Shown piece after piece: positions 14,653 to 28,766 of a stretch of 63,352 bases of DNA. Positions within the stretch are counted from its first letter, which is position 1, and every line of letters begins with the position of its first letter. A program made the translations under genes and the position numbers. The stretch is from Paraspadella gotoi (Eukaryota; Animalia; Chaetognatha), in NCBI GenBank assembly GCA_051294375.1, contig CM119266.1, positions 15,797,417 through 15,860,768 of the forward strand. Direction: 5' to 3'. The notes beneath the pieces were generated by a model that had not been told where the DNA came from, made no database searches, and worked only from the letters and a program-made list of their open reading frames with translations.

Positions 14653-14780
14653 CTACGGAAGAGAAGGGGCAATAGGATGGAGGAAGGAAAGTGTGGAGAA
14701 AGGAAAAAGGAAAGGGAATGGGAAAAAAAAGAAAAGAAAAAAGGAAGGAGCTTTGGAAAATCTCATGAAGGTGGGAAAAA

Positions 14781-14887
<107 letters not shown>

Positions 14888-15135
14888 TGCGAATTCCACG
14901 TGGAGTTCACATTTACCTTCTCCCCTCTCGGTGACAACAGGTGACGGGGCGACGTAGGCGTCAGCAAATAAACAAAGCGACGGAAAGACTGACAAATATG
15001 AAACACGTACGTACGTAGGGGGAGAACAAAAAAAAAGAGCATCGACAAACTGAAACTAACCGCGAGGACAAACAAACGACGGGATAGGAATTTATATCCA
15101 GGTGGCGACTGGTGGCGTGTTTACGTGAGCAGAAG

Positions 15136-15250
<115 letters not shown>

Positions 15251-15670
15251 CAGATTTGACAAATAAATTAATTTTCCTTGCGACTGTGGCGCCGTTGGCG
15301 GCCGTGCGGCGAAACGCGAAGGTGTGGTAATAAGAAAAACAAACAAGTTTCAATAAATTAATGGAAAAATGGCGGCGAGAGCAAGATGGAGAGCGAGAGA
15401 GAAGAAAGAAAAGAGAAAGAAAAAGGAAAATTAATTAAAGAAAACGTTTTGGGAAAGTATTACTTTTAAACGAACTCAATTGTGCGACCAAATTCCTTTC
15501 CATAGTTTCTCTCATTATGTATAAAATATTTTTCATTTAATTCTTATTTCATTTTTTTTCACCTCGATTTTTTGTTCTAAACTTTATTTTTCGACTTTCT
15601 TTTTACCTTCTCTCACCAAAAGCAAACATTCATTTTTTCTTCGGTAGTCGGAACCTGAATCGTGGGTGAA

Positions 15671-15702
<32 letters not shown>

Positions 15703-15952
15703 AGCGTTGACGTTGGGCAAACATTTCCCCCCGTTCGGTTTTGGCAAACGCAGAGAGGTGAGAGAAAAGGTGGGACAAATTAAGGTAGNNNNNNNNNNNN
15801 NNNNNNNNNNNNNNNNNNNNNNNNNNNNNNNNNNNNNNNNNNNNNNNNNNNNNNNNNNNNNNNNNNNNNNNNNNNNNNNNNNNNNNNNNNNNNNNNNNNN
15901 NNNNNNNNNNNNNNNNNNNNNNNNNNNNNNNNGAGAGAGAGAGAGAGAGAAG

Positions 15953-15985
<33 letters not shown>

Positions 15986-15994
15986 AGAGAGAGA

Positions 15995-16044
15995 GTTTAG
16001 AGATCGGTCCACGGCTGTCTCTCGGATGGAAAGAAGGAAGGAGT
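15995..16044 (+). repeat. ~50-bp direct repeat (second copy 18912-18964), each preceded by (GA)n
   Basis: GTTTAGAGATCGGTCCACGGCTGTCTCTCGGATGGAAAGAAGGAAGGAGT versus GTTTTAGAGTCGGTTCCAGCGGCTGTCTCTCGAAATGGAAAGAAGGAAGGAGT. Confidence 0.85.
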
Positions 16045-17145
16045 GTTGGAGTGGAGGTGGAACAGGAATCGTGTCGATATCGTCGCCGCCTTCCGCCCAC
16101 GATGCCACGCCCACGTAGCCGTCCACCTCTTCTGCCTTGATCAACCTCCATCAACCAAATACTAAATCTTTTTTCCTTTTCAGTTCCTCCCCTTGTGGTT
16201 CTTCCTCCGAGCTCCCTCTCCCTCTTCTTCCACCTCCCTTCTCTCCCGATTTTTTTCTCTAACTTTCTTCCCACTCTTCTCGTCTTTCAACTACTCCCAC
16301 TCTCTCCTATCTTCCCCCCACCCTTCCTCTCTCCCTCTCTTCCTCCCACTCTCCCTCCATTTCGTCTCCTGCGAGAACGAACCCGAGTGAAAAATGAAAT
16401 GCCCCTTTGATGACGGGGAAATTGGGGCCTCGCGTCGGTGGCGCAACGATGCCGTCACCAAGGCGTCACCGTCGCCCCCGCCACGCCCTCTTTGACGCCC
16501 TACATCGAACCCGCCTTCCCTTATCGAATCACCTGGCAGCGGAAGGCGAAGAGGTGAAAACGCGGCGCGGGTGTGGCGACTTCCGGCGCCAGAGTCGACG
16601 CCCGGAGCGACGAGCGCCAACGACAGAGATTGATGCAATCGTTTTGCCTTTTTCTTTCTTTTTTCTCCTTTTGCCTTTTCTTTCTTTTCCTTTTCTTTTG
16701 GCGATCCTTTCTTTTTCTTTTAGACAATATTATTTCTCTTTCTCGCGTTCAAATCCCCTTCTTAATTCCGTTTGTCATTTTATTAGTATTTTATCCATTT
16801 GAATGAAGCACATTTTTTCAAATCAGCAAAATTTTCTTTTAATGGTCAAAGACGTTAACTTAATAGCCTTTTGTCCTTTTGACTTCTGACTAACTCAGAA
16901 AAAATTCCTTATTTTTCTCGTTTCTCTCTTTTTATTTTTAAAACCTGTTAAAATCGGGTCAAATTTTGGCGCCTCATTTTCGCATAAAACATTTTGTCAA
17001 AAAAATCCTTTTTTTTTCCTTTCCTTCTTCCGCTTTTTCTTGCTCCTTTTTCGACCTTCCCATTTTTTCATGGCTCTATTTAATGGTTCCCTCCCTCTTT
17101 AAGGCAAACATTCCCCTGGCGAGGTAAAATCGGGCCCAAACAAAA

Positions 17146-17257
<112 letters not shown>

Positions 17258-18263
17258 ATAAAGACGCAAATATGATCATTTAATTCTCCCGGCGCCTCAA
17301 GGTAGTTTTTGGGGTTTTTCCATCGCCTTCGCCAAACGACGCCGTTTCCGGCGAAGGAGGCGCCGTTTGCGCGTGCAAAGAGCACGCACGACTGCGTTCA
17401 TGTTTTTCAAAGGCGCGTGCGACCGAATGTGACGCGCACGAGTGTCCGGATGTCAAACGCTTCATTGAATAACGAACAAGGTAATTTGTGACGCGCACGG
17501 GCCGTTTTTTACCTTAACATTCTTACAAACTAAGAACAAGAGTGCGCGCGCGTTAACGCGTGACTTCACGCGCGCGCGCCATTTCACTTCATTTTTTTAA
17601 GGTGAGCGACTATTTTTTTTATTTTTTCACCGACGCCATTAGGTTAGACGCTGCGAAGGGAAGTGAAGGGGGTAAGTGGGGTGAGGAAAAGGCGGTGGGA
17701 GGGACGTCTGGTTTTTAAGGTAAGGTTCGTCGATAACTTGAGGAAGGAAAGCGAGAGTGCTACGTACGTAGTCAGTGAGTAATTTGTTAAGATAACATAA
17801 CGTTAAAAAAAAACCTGCTGAATATTTTGAAAAGAATTGTTAAATAATTAAAGAAAAGAAAGTTTTCACTTCAATTTTAAAAATGAGATGGAAAGAAAAA
17901 CGAGAGACAAAAATTGAGGCGGAGAGAAAAATGGATTTTTTTTTCTCTTTTTCGTTTTCGGAGGTGAAATGAGGAAGAAAAACGTCTGAGGTAGAAATAG
18001 AAAGTGAAAGAAAAGGAAAAGAAAGAGAAAAAGAAATAAAGAAAAGGAAATAAAGAAAAGAAGGGGAAAAAAAATGAAAGACGCAGGTGGGAAATATCGA
18101 CTTTTCGATTGGAGTAAGGAAGGAAAAAAAAGGATAGCGAAAAAAAAGAAGAAGAAGTTTGGAGAAAAAATAAAGAAAAAAAAAGACTAGATAGAAAATC
18201 GATAATTGCGCATCACCTTGTGCAGAATCTCTGGCGTAGGCAACGCGTCTTGGAGGCACACCG

Positions 18264-18372
18264 GGATAGAAAGATGGCCCAGGATAGATAGCTAGCCTAG
18301 GATAGACAGAAATTGGTCCCTGGATAGACAAGAAGTGAGTCAGAGATAGACAGAAATGGGAGTTCGGATAGA
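18264..18372 (+). repeat. Degenerate tandem repeat with (G/A)GATAGA core, period 18-22 bp
   Basis: Cores at 18264, 18282, 18300, 18322, 18344 and 18366. Confidence 0.75.
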
Positions 18373-18838
18373 AAGCAGATGGCGTTCGGTTTTTCCCGTC
18401 CGTCGTTTAGGTTTACCTCGTAATTCGTCTCAATTAACGTTTACAGTTTTCCGTTATTTTCCGTTTTGAAACTACCGGTTATATCTATTGTTTTTAAATT
18501 ATATTTAAATTGATTATCAAAATATATGTAATCTTCTTTTCATTATCTTCGTTAATGACGCCTGATAGCTAAAAATACTTCTCGAAGCACGCCTTTTATA
18601 TTTATTTCGTTTCTCGCCACCCAAGTTATTCCGGAAAAGTTTATTAAAATTTAAGAGACAAGTTGAGATTTTTTTTTTCCTAGGAAAAACTGAGCGTTCA
18701 AAGGTGAACGGTAGTTCACAGGTGCTGTGTCAAGGAAGAGTCCTACTTCATAATCAAATTTTAATAAATGAAAAATTATAACGAAAATATGTAAATAGTA
18801 ATAAAGAAAAACAGTGAAGAGGATGGCGTGACGGAAAA

Positions 18839-18876
<38 letters not shown>

Positions 18877-18881
18877 AGAGA

Positions 18882-18912
<31 letters not shown>

Positions 18913-18964
18913 TTTTAGAGTCGGTTCCAGCGGCTGTCTCTCGAAATGGAAAGAAGGAAGGAGT

Positions 18965-21474
18965 CTACCTTAATTTGTCCGCACCGTTTTCTCTCACCTC
19001 TCTGCGATTGCCAAAACGCGAACGCTAGTGGGGGATGTTTGCACCCACTCAACGCTGTCGTGCGGTGCGTTTGTGCGTCGCGTCGTAGTCGTTCTCTCGT
19101 TCGTCGTCCGTCGTCGTTTCAACCACGATTCAGGTTCCGACTACGAAGAAAAAAATGATGTTTTTGCCTTTTGGGTTTTGGGTGGGGAAGGAAGAAAAAA
19201 AGAAAAAACGGAAAAAGCAAAATAAAGTTTAGACACAAAAATCGAGGTGAAAAAAAATGAAAATAAAGAATTAAATGAAAATATTTTATACCATAATGAG
19301 AAGAAACTAATGGAAAGGAATTTGGTCCGCACAATTGAGTTTCGGTTTAAAAGTAGATACCTTTCCCAAGAAACGTTTTCTTTAAATAATATTTCGCTTT
19401 TCTTTCTCTTTTCTTTCTTCTCTCTCGGCTCTCTCATCTTGCTCTGCCGCCTTTTTCCATTAATTGTATTGAACTTGGTTTGTTTTTCTCATTACCCACA
19501 ACCTTTCGCCGTTTCGCCGCACGGCCGCCAACGGCGGCCCAAACATGTCGCAAAGGAAAATTAATTTATTTGTTCAAATCTCCTACTCTCTCTCCTCTCT
19601 CTTCGTCTCGCTCTCTCTCTCAGTCTCTCTCTCTCATCTTCTCTCTTCTCTCATCTTCTCTCTCTCTCTCTCGTTCTTCTGCTGCACGTAACACGCTCAC
19701 CCCAGTCGCCACCTGATATAAATTTCCTACTGCCGCGTCGTTTGTTTGTCCTCGCGGTTAGTTTCAAGTTTTGCGAATGCTCTTTTTTTTTTTTTGTTCT
19801 CCCCTTAGGCGTACGTAACTGTGTTTCATATTTGCAGTCTTTCCGTCGCTGTTGGTTTTATTTGCTGACGCCTCACGTCCCTGCACTGTTGTCACCGAGA
19901 AGGGGAGAAGGTAAATGGGTGAACTCCACGTGGAAAGTTCGCGACGCGCGTTCTCTCTCTCTTCTCTCCTCTCCTCTCTCATCCTCCTCTCAGTCTCTCT
20001 CCTCTCTCTCTCCTCTCTTCTCTCTCTTCTGCTCTCTCCTTTTCTCTCCTTTTTTTTCCCACCTTCATGAGATCTTTTCCAAATAGCTCCTTCTCTTTTT
20101 TCTTTTCCTTTTCTTTCCGCATTCCCTTTCCTTTTTTCCTTTCTCCACACTTTCCTTCTCCATCCTATTGCCCATTCTCGTCTTTCCGTAGGCGCGACAA
20201 TCGTAGGCGGCTTTTTTTCCGGGCTTCCGATTTCTTCCTCGGAAGGTGACGCTTTTCCGTTGGGCAACGCAGTAACGTCAGAAAACGCTTAGACAAGGCG
20301 TCAAACGCCGCCATCCTGCGTGGCCGCTCGTTCCGTTCGACCCGGTAACTTCCTGCGGTCGGCCAACCCACTGACGAAAAACCTCATGGCCCCTGGAAAT
20401 AAACCACCGGCCGCCCGCCGGGCGTCACCTCAAACGCCTTAAAACGTGCACGTTGGCGTCATCACAGATTCACCGGCGCCGCTCCCATTTCATCGCCAGA
20501 TTTTTCTAACCATCCGGGGTCGTCGTGTTTGTTTTGACCTGCGTCAAGTCACCCAATATGGCGGTGACGAAAACCGGCCGTCGGCGACCGTAGCGGCGTC
20601 CGGCGGGCGTCGGCGGCGTCGCAACACCTTATGAAAAGCCGGAATCGGCGGGGGCTTTGCATATCAATTCCGGCGGCCGTCGACTGCGTAGGGATTCGCC
20701 TTCTTCGTCGGCCCGGGGATTTTTCCCGGCAGGAAATAGCCTCCTCGGCGCTTCCCTCTGTCTTAAGTAGCCTCGTTTTCAAATTTGTTTTCGTTTTTTT
20801 AGGCTGCGCGTGTTATTTTTTAATACAATAACATTTCTTGTTTTTTATCTTGAAATCTATGACAATTAAATTCTTTTACTTGATTTTACAGTATTTCGTC
20901 GTTATAATATGGTCAAGGAAGAATGAGCAAGAGAAACGGAGAAACGGATACTGCTAATTCCAGTCCCAATTTTCTAAATCTTTTACACTATTTTTCATGT
21001 TTCAATTACTCAGGTAATTCGCATTAGTCTACTTAAAATATCTTTTAAAATATAGTTTTCTTCTTGGAAAAAGTCTAATTTTATTGCCAAACTTACATTT
21101 AACTAACTACTCCAAAAAAACCACGACCGCGACGCGTAAGTCCCTCCGTCCACCCCTTAGAATCCCTCCCCGCTCGTCCTTTTTCACACAACAAAAGTCT
21201 TCAACATCCTTTCACATCCTTGAAATCTCACAACCTCGACCCGCCCCCAGAAAATTGAAATGCCGCGATTCGTATGTGCGCCCTCCATATACCATTTGCC
21301 TCAAACCTGTCACTGGGTTCCAACCGCGAATTGTTTATTCGTCACGCGGCGAGACGGCGGATGACGACGAAGACGACAGACGATAGAGACGAAGACGAAG
21401 ACGATAGACGACGACCGTTTACGAAAACTGCAACTAGGGTTTTTTGTCACTTGAGTTTTGACCAGAGAGAGTGA

Positions 21475-21505
<31 letters not shown>

Positions 21506-22760
21506 AGAGAGAGACGAGAGAGAGAGAGAGAGAAGACAGACGACAAGACAGACAGAGAGACAATTCCTCAGTTTCGGCTTTCGACAAGAACGAAGTGGCG
21601 AAAGCGACAGAAAGAAATGAAGTCGACGAATCGATTTTAAAAATTTTTGGAGCAGAATTTTAAATCTCGATCCCGTCGCGTATTAGAGGTGGTCAATAAT
21701 GGAACCGTTTAAGGTGGTAGAATCGATAAGTGGCTGACCGAAAAAAAAAAAAGAAAAGAAAAAAGAATGGCGAATCTGGAAATTGGATTTTCGTTCGTCG
21801 GTCGAGAGGGCGGATTTAGTTCCGTGATTCTCGACTTCTTCTCCAATTCCCTCCCTTACGGGTTTTTTTTCTTTCGTTTCCGTGTCAAAATGTTCACTGC
21901 GTCGGGCCCGCGAAAATTGACGAGAAAAGAAAATGATAAATATTTTTTTTTTTATTTTTCTATTTTTTTTATGTATTATATTTTCCCTCGTTTTATTAAA
22001 CGTCCACAAGAGCAAAAAAACGGAGGCCTGGGGATTTCATCGATGTCAATTGTCGATCCTTTCCGGGAAGCCGAATCTCTTTCATTGACATCCCTGATGT
22101 CCTGCGAATTCAATGTCTCCTCCTTTGCTTAGTTTTAGTTATAAAATGAAACGGATCGAACTAGCCAGTCGTCGCTTTATGTACTTAAATATACAAACAA
22201 TAATAGATACTCTTCAATCAATAACGTGAAGACGCTGGAATCGAAACAAAAGAACCTCCTCGCGTCAAGAGAAGGAAACCTGCCGTTGGAAAGGAGAACC
22301 ATTTAAAAGCGTCGCTCCACGACTTCCGGCGCCATTGTTGTCTTTTTTCGAGGGGCGTTACTTTCGTTGTTGTCGTTCTGGTTTGTTGTGTCTTAGTTGT
22401 TGGCGTCATTAAGTTGCTCCCCGCTGAAACGTCTTCCGCTTTCCCACCACAACTTTCGATATAAGATCCCCCCGCCCCCCCCATAAATGGTGGTTCAACT
22501 TTAACGACCGGCTTTTTATTATCAGTTTTTTTATTTAATTTCCTTTTTTTCATTTTCCCCAATTTTTGTTGCGTATATTATCTCTTCCTTTCCATTTTTT
22601 TTTTGAATTTTCTATTCCCGCGCGGTCGCTCATCGTACCTTTTTTTATGTATCTTTTCCGTCATAAAATTTACGCGAAAACAAGGGAAGGACGGAGGGAG
22701 CGTAAAACGAAGGAGAGAGAGAGAGAGGCGAGAGAGAGAGAGAGAGAAGAGAAGAGAAGA

Positions 22761-22810
<50 letters not shown>

Positions 22811-23840
22811 AGGAAGAAGAGAAAGAGAGAGAGGAGAGAGAGACTGAAGCATGAAAAAAGAGACAGACAGGGCCAGAAGGAGCTCATTCTTGGTCCCTCT
22901 CTCCTTCCCTTGTTCTCTGTCTCACCGTAATCCATTTTCGTGATTATGTTTCACTTTTTTCCCTTCGATCAAATTTTTTTTTTTTTCCTTCGCGACGGAA
23001 GAGTGAACATCTGGTCCCACGAAAAGTCATCGGAGTCACTCGCCGCGGTCGAGAGAAATAAAGACTTTTAGCACGGACGTAAACCGTCACAACATTGATT
23101 CAGTAGTGAAGGTTGGTTACGTCGTCATCGTTTCCGAGTCCCCTTTTTTACTCTGAATCTGATGGTCTTTATCTCTCCGCAGTCATCATCGACGACGACG
23201 CGGCGACGAACGATCGGCGACGACGACGGACGTCACCCCGCGAGGCCGCGTGCGCTGAATGGTCGATAAGCATCTACATCTTTTCTTTCGTCATAGGAGA
23301 CGGAGATAACAAAGAAATGTAAAAGAAAGATACAAACTAAAAAAAAGAACATTAGCTCACCTTGCTTGGGGACAAGTTCTCGACCAAAAAGGAAGTTCGT
23401 CCTTTTTCCCGCCCCGATATTCACCAATAGGAATTCGTCCCGTATCCTTTTCATTTCAGCCAATCGGAGTAGTTTTTCGAGAGTAGGGGTGGAGTAAACG
23501 ATCGTCAAATCCAAACGTGTCGTCCGCACTATTTTACGACCCGCGAGAAACGTGACTCGCTAATGGGGGACAAGTTTGTAAAAACGGCCCACGACATTTT
23601 TTGTTCGGGGGGGGGAGGGTAGTGTGGGATCGGAGTTAGGGGGAGGGGTCTGGGTTGGGGGTGAGGACTTTGGTCGCGAACTCAACAACTGTCGTGAGGT
23701 GAGTCGCGTTCTATGCGGAATCGACGACCATTTTTTTTTTTAGTCGACGCGAAAATATTACGAAATACGTCCAATTTAATCCCGCATCGTCGCTCGTTTA
23801 AGAAAAGCGAGAGAGAGGAGAGAGAGCAGGGAGTGAGAGA

Positions 23841-23883
<43 letters not shown>

Positions 23884-23940
23884 TGAGAGAGCAGAGAGAG
23901 AGACAAGAGAGATGAGAGAGAGAAGAGAGAGAGAGAGAGG
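18965..23940 (-). repeat. Right arm of ~5-kb inverted duplication
   Basis: Reverse complement of ~10810-15788. For example, the GC island at 14100-14655 reappears inverted at ~20185-20780. Confidence 0.93.
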
Positions 23941-25148
23941 ATTATCGGAAAACCCTCNNNNNNNNNNNNNNNNNNNNNNNNNCAAAGTTCCAAACCTGAA
24001 ATTTCGTGCTTGGGAAATTAAAGGGAAAAGAAAAAAATTGTGATAAAAATGGGAAAATAACTCCTGAAGAAAAAAGGGGAAAAAGCGTGAGAGAAAAAAA
24101 AGAAGAAAACAAGAGATAAGCGAAATGGGCAAAAGTGGTTTGAGAGGGTTTTTTTTTCTTTCTTTTTTTCGTTGAGGCCAGAGCATGTTTCAGACTGTCT
24201 TGAAAGGAGACTGGGCAAGAAAACGACTCACATCATATGCCGTGATGAAAATTACTGAAAACAAAATAAAGAAAAGAAAAAAAAGAAGTAAATAAATAAA
24301 TAAAGAAAGAATCAAAAAAAAAAAGAAATAAAGAAAGAAAAATAAAGAAAGAAAGAAAAAAAGAAAGAAAAAAAGAAAGAATGAATGAAAGAAAGAAATA
24401 ATCAAAGAAAGAAAGAAATTAAGAAATAAAGAAAAAAGAAAGAAAGAAATGTAGAAAGAAAGAAAAAAGAAAGAGAGAAAAAAATAGAGAAAGGCTTTCG
24501 AATTGGTCTGTCTCACGCGAGATTGTTCGATGGCCAAAAGAAGCGGCTCTAAACGGCACCGAAAATCTCTCACTGACCTGGAAAAAGAGCTCTTTACCTA
24601 TCGCCATCACAAGCGCCCTTACCCGTGACGACGTTCTCTCAAAAATCACCGGCGCGTGGGAAAACACTTACCCTTAAGACTCACCTCTTTTCCAATCTCG
24701 GCTGAGCCGAATCTAACTGACCGAATATCGCACCATATCTGCGCTCTTCCGATTCACCCCCAGACCGACCGACCGACCACGATATCCACCCTCTCACCTC
24801 AACAACCCAACCACTCACCTCTCAGCGAACCTCACCCTCGAAAGAAAAAAAAAGAAGAAAAAAAAAAAGAAATTCCGGGCCTGAGTGAGTGGAAACTGTC
24901 ATGGCGGGAAAAAGGCTTTCAAGAGAAGGTAGGAAAATTGGAAAAGAGGAAAGGGAGGCGGAGCGAGGGAGAAAGGGATGGAAAGGCGGACTGTGACGAG
25001 GAAGGGATGTAAGGTTGATAGAGACAAGATACTCTGTAGCCCAAAATAGAAATCGAAGTTACAAACCGTGAAATTGATGCCTCGAGAAAAGTAATCTCAC
25101 CTTTAAAGACGCGATCGACTTGGAGCCTAAAACTCCTTCATCCCTCCA

Positions 25149-25357
25149 CTTCGTCACTCCTTCCACTCTTCATTCTCCACTCCGTCACTCCTTCCACTCC
25201 TCAGTCTTCCTCTCCGTCACTCCTTCTGTTCTTCATTCTCCACTCCGTCACTCCTTCCACTCTTCAGTNNNNNNNNNNNNNNNNNNNNNNNNNNNNNNNN
25301 NNNNNNNNNNNNNNNNNNNNNNNNNNNNNNNNNNNNNNNTCTTCAGTCTTCCTCTCC
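25149..25357. repeat. Minisatellite with alternating 31/32-bp units (63-bp higher-order repeat), interrupted by an N gap
   Basis: Units CTCCGTCACTCCTTCCACTCTTCATTCTCCA and CTCCGTCACTCCTTCCACTCCTCAGTCTTCCT alternate. Confidence 0.85.
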
Positions 25358-25626
25358 GGCCACCCCCAATCCTCTGGCCGTCGCAGCCAAGCCGACCGCA
25401 TCTGCGTTTGACATCCAGTAATAACGTGTCACGACTTATCTTTGCGCCCATCCACCTTTTGCGCCTGGCAACCGGTGAGGTTCGAGGGGATGAGAGGGAG
25501 TGGGTGAGGAAGAGGCGTCGGGAGGGGGAAGACCCAGATCTTTTTTTATTAAGGAAGAAGTTGGTTTCTAGACGTTTTGACCCGCAGCGTGCCACGTTGC
25601 GTTAGACGTAATCTCTATTTTCTCTC

Positions 25627-25678
<52 letters not shown>

Positions 25679-26655
25679 TGGCAATAAGAAGAGACCGCGT
25701 AGGAAGCCGAAAAGGGTTAGAGCCGTGGTAGCGAAAAAGATGGAATAAAAGTAAGAAGGCGACGGGCCGTTGGTTCCGTTGTTGCCATGGTGGCACCTTG
25801 GCTAACGCGGTATGACAAGCGAGGCTTTGACCGTCCGATGTAACCAAAGCCAAAGACGGACAAAGGAAAAATAAGGAAAATATAAAAAAAGGAATAAGNN
25901 NNNNNNNNNNNNNNNNNNNNNNNNNNNNNNNNNNNNNNNNNNNNNNNNNNNNNNNNNNNNNNNNNNNNNNNNNNNNNNNNNNNNNNNNNNNNNNNNNNNN
26001 NNNNNNNNNNNNNNNNNNNNNNNNNNNNNNNNNNNNNNNNNNNNNNNNNNNNNNNNNNNNNNNNNNNNNNNNNNNNNNNNNNNNNNNNNNNNNNNNNNNN
26101 NNNNNNNNNNNNNNNNNNNNNNNNNNNNNNNNNNNNNNNNNNNNNNNNNNNNNNNNNNNNNNNNNNNNNNNNNNNNNNNNNNNNNNNNNNNNNNNNNNNN
26201 NTCTCTGTCCCACCTTCCAGCTACCTCCATCCTTTCCTTGTCTAAATCCGCCATCTTTATGCTTCCCTTCGGAGTGCGGACCTGGACCTGGAAGCGTCGG
26301 ACCCTCCAAGTCCCCGAAGTGTCCCAAAGATTCGCCTCGTCGCCGAAAAATTTTCCTGCGACTGTCGGCAAATGTTTACCGACAAGTTTCGGCTCTTACA
26401 TTCACCTACACCTACGCCCGCCAACCAACCCTTTGAAAATCTTCTTCTACGGTTTTCTGTGTGTGGTGGAGGAAGAAAGAGGGAGAGGGAGAAGCGAAAG
26501 GATTAAGATGGGATGAGGCGAGGCAGGTGGCGTAATTCCCTTGTCCTTGGACTCGGTAGTTAAAAGAGGCGTGGCTCCAAGTACAAAGGGAATTCAGCTC
26601 TGACCGAAGATACAAGAAGGATCGAGAAAGGCCGAGTGTTGGGAATTAGAAGGGG

Positions 26656-26730
<75 letters not shown>

Positions 26731-27203
26731 ACACTCGCCAACTCCCCCTAAAGAAATGATTAATCTCTTATCCCGAACTCTCACCTGTCGTCGCCCTTTT
26801 TCACTTTTTTTCCCGCAACTGTCAGACGCCCTCACCCGATCCTCGCCCACATTTTACCCTGCGACCTTTCCCATCAAAATAACTGCGGGCCGCGGACCGC
26901 GTCGACCGCGGAGATTGAGGTGAGGCGACTCGAGAGAGAGGGAGAGAGAGAGAGAAATAGAGGGTGGTGACTTTTCTAACTCACCCCGGGAATGGCCTCA
27001 CCTGTCAAGGTCGAATGAGTAAGGAGGAGAGTGAGAAAACCAAGGGTTTTGAGTGTGGAGAAAAAGAGAATTGATAATTTGAGAGAAAAGCGGTTTAGAA
27101 AATATTTACTGAAAAATTATGTAAGAGATAAATAAAATTATGAATTTGAAGTAAGTTGTGGATTTTACGAATGACAAATCGCCAAATAAAAAAAGAAAGA
27201 AAG

Positions 27204-27335
27204 ATGGCCGACCGATCAGATTGCAGTTCGACTTTTGACGACGCGATCGCCGCTGAGCTGCGGCATATCCTTGACTCAGAAGCCGCAGCCGACGCTTTTT
27301 CGGCGCCGCGACGCTCGGTCGCCGACGCGCCAAAG
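27204..27335 (+). CDS. Candidate 5' coding fragment, hypothetical
   Basis: AAGATGGCC start context gives MADRSDCSSTFDDAIAAELRHILDSEAAADAFSAPRRSVADAPK, which runs into an N gap. The composition is protein-like but I recognise no homologue. Confidence 0.2.
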
Positions 27336-28089
27336 NNNNNNNNNNNNNNNNNNNNNNNNNNNNNNNNNNNNNNNNNNNNNNNNNNNNNNNNNNNNNNNNN
27401 NNNNNNNNNNNNNNNNNNNNNNNNNNNNNNNNNNNNNNNNNNNNNNNNNNNNNNNNNNNNNNNNNNNNNNNNNNNNNNNNNNNNNNNNNNNNNNNNNNNN
27501 NNNNNNNNNNNNNNNNNNNNNNNNNNNNNNNNNNNNNNNNNNNNNNNNNNNNNNNNNNNNNNNNNNNNNNNNNNNNNNNNNNNNNNNNNNNNNNNNNNNN
27601 GAGAGAGAGAGGCGTCGGGTTTCTCTTCTTTCTCTATCTGGCGTCCGCCGGAAATGGAGGAAGCGATCGGCGTGCAGCGGAGAGTGAGTGCGAGATGGAG
27701 AGATGTCATCGCTCAAATGTATAAATTTAAATTATAGTTTTGACATCTCGACGACTATCAAAGCGCGCTTCGAATAAATGAGACAAATAAAAAAGCATAA
27801 CCGATAAAAAGATTTTTTAAAAAAGCTGTAGAAACATGTAAACGGATAAAAATAATGAAAAAATCTAAACATTAAAGGTTTAAAGAACAGAGTTAGTGGC
27901 CTAAAAAAAGTCGGACGGACAAATCGAAGGAATTGACAAGAAACGAAAACGAAAAACCCAAAAAGTAGAAAACGACTTTTGGGCCGAACGCGAAAAGCCT
28001 CCTCTGCCTTCTCTCGAGGTGGGAAAGAATTAGATCGAAAATGGCGAATGTTTTCTCTCCCACTCTCTTATCAAAGCCGATAGATAGTG

Positions 28090-28172
<83 letters not shown>

Positions 28173-28450
28173 GTCAGCTTTATCCCGTGGCTTAAGCCCC
28201 ACGCGCGTCTTACTTCCGGTGGCGATTTTCCTTTTATTCTCTCCTCTGCTTTTTCTTTCTTCGATTCGATTCTCTCCTCGTCTCTGTCTCTGTCTCTGGC
28301 ATTTTTTTTCTCTCTCTCTCTCGCTCTCTCTAATTCGCCCGAGGGAGATACGAACGCTTCTCTCTACCTCTCTCTGTCTCGTTTTCCCTCTTTTTTTTTC
28401 TGTTTCTTTGTTTAATTTAACCGCATGAGTTCCACGAGTTTATGCAAAGA

Positions 28451-28510
28451 GCACCTTCGGACGCCGAGCACCTGATTACGGATGCGGACGGCGGCACCTG
28501 ATTGCAGATG
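28451..28510. promoter_or_regulatory. E-box island: CACCT, two GCACCTGATT copies and CAGATG
   Basis: GCACCT at 28451, identical 10-mers GCACCTGATT at 28468 and 28494, and CAGATG at 28505. The island sits in unique sequence between a (CT)n and a (GA)n tract. Confidence 0.3.
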
Positions 28511-28640
28511 AGAAAAATACGTTGGAATTCCGACGATGCATCTCCACATCCATCTCCCCTTTCCGACTGACGCGCGGCGGTTATGGCGAACTCCCTCTCT
28601 CACCTAAGCCTACCTTATCTTCTCAACTTGGCTTTCAAGT

Positions 28641-28766
<126 letters not shown>

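Noticed and set aside
18264-18372. CRISPR-like repeat-spacer appearance
   Set aside because: The core is only 6-7 bp, spacers are 11-15 bp, there are no cas genes, and the context is eukaryotic.
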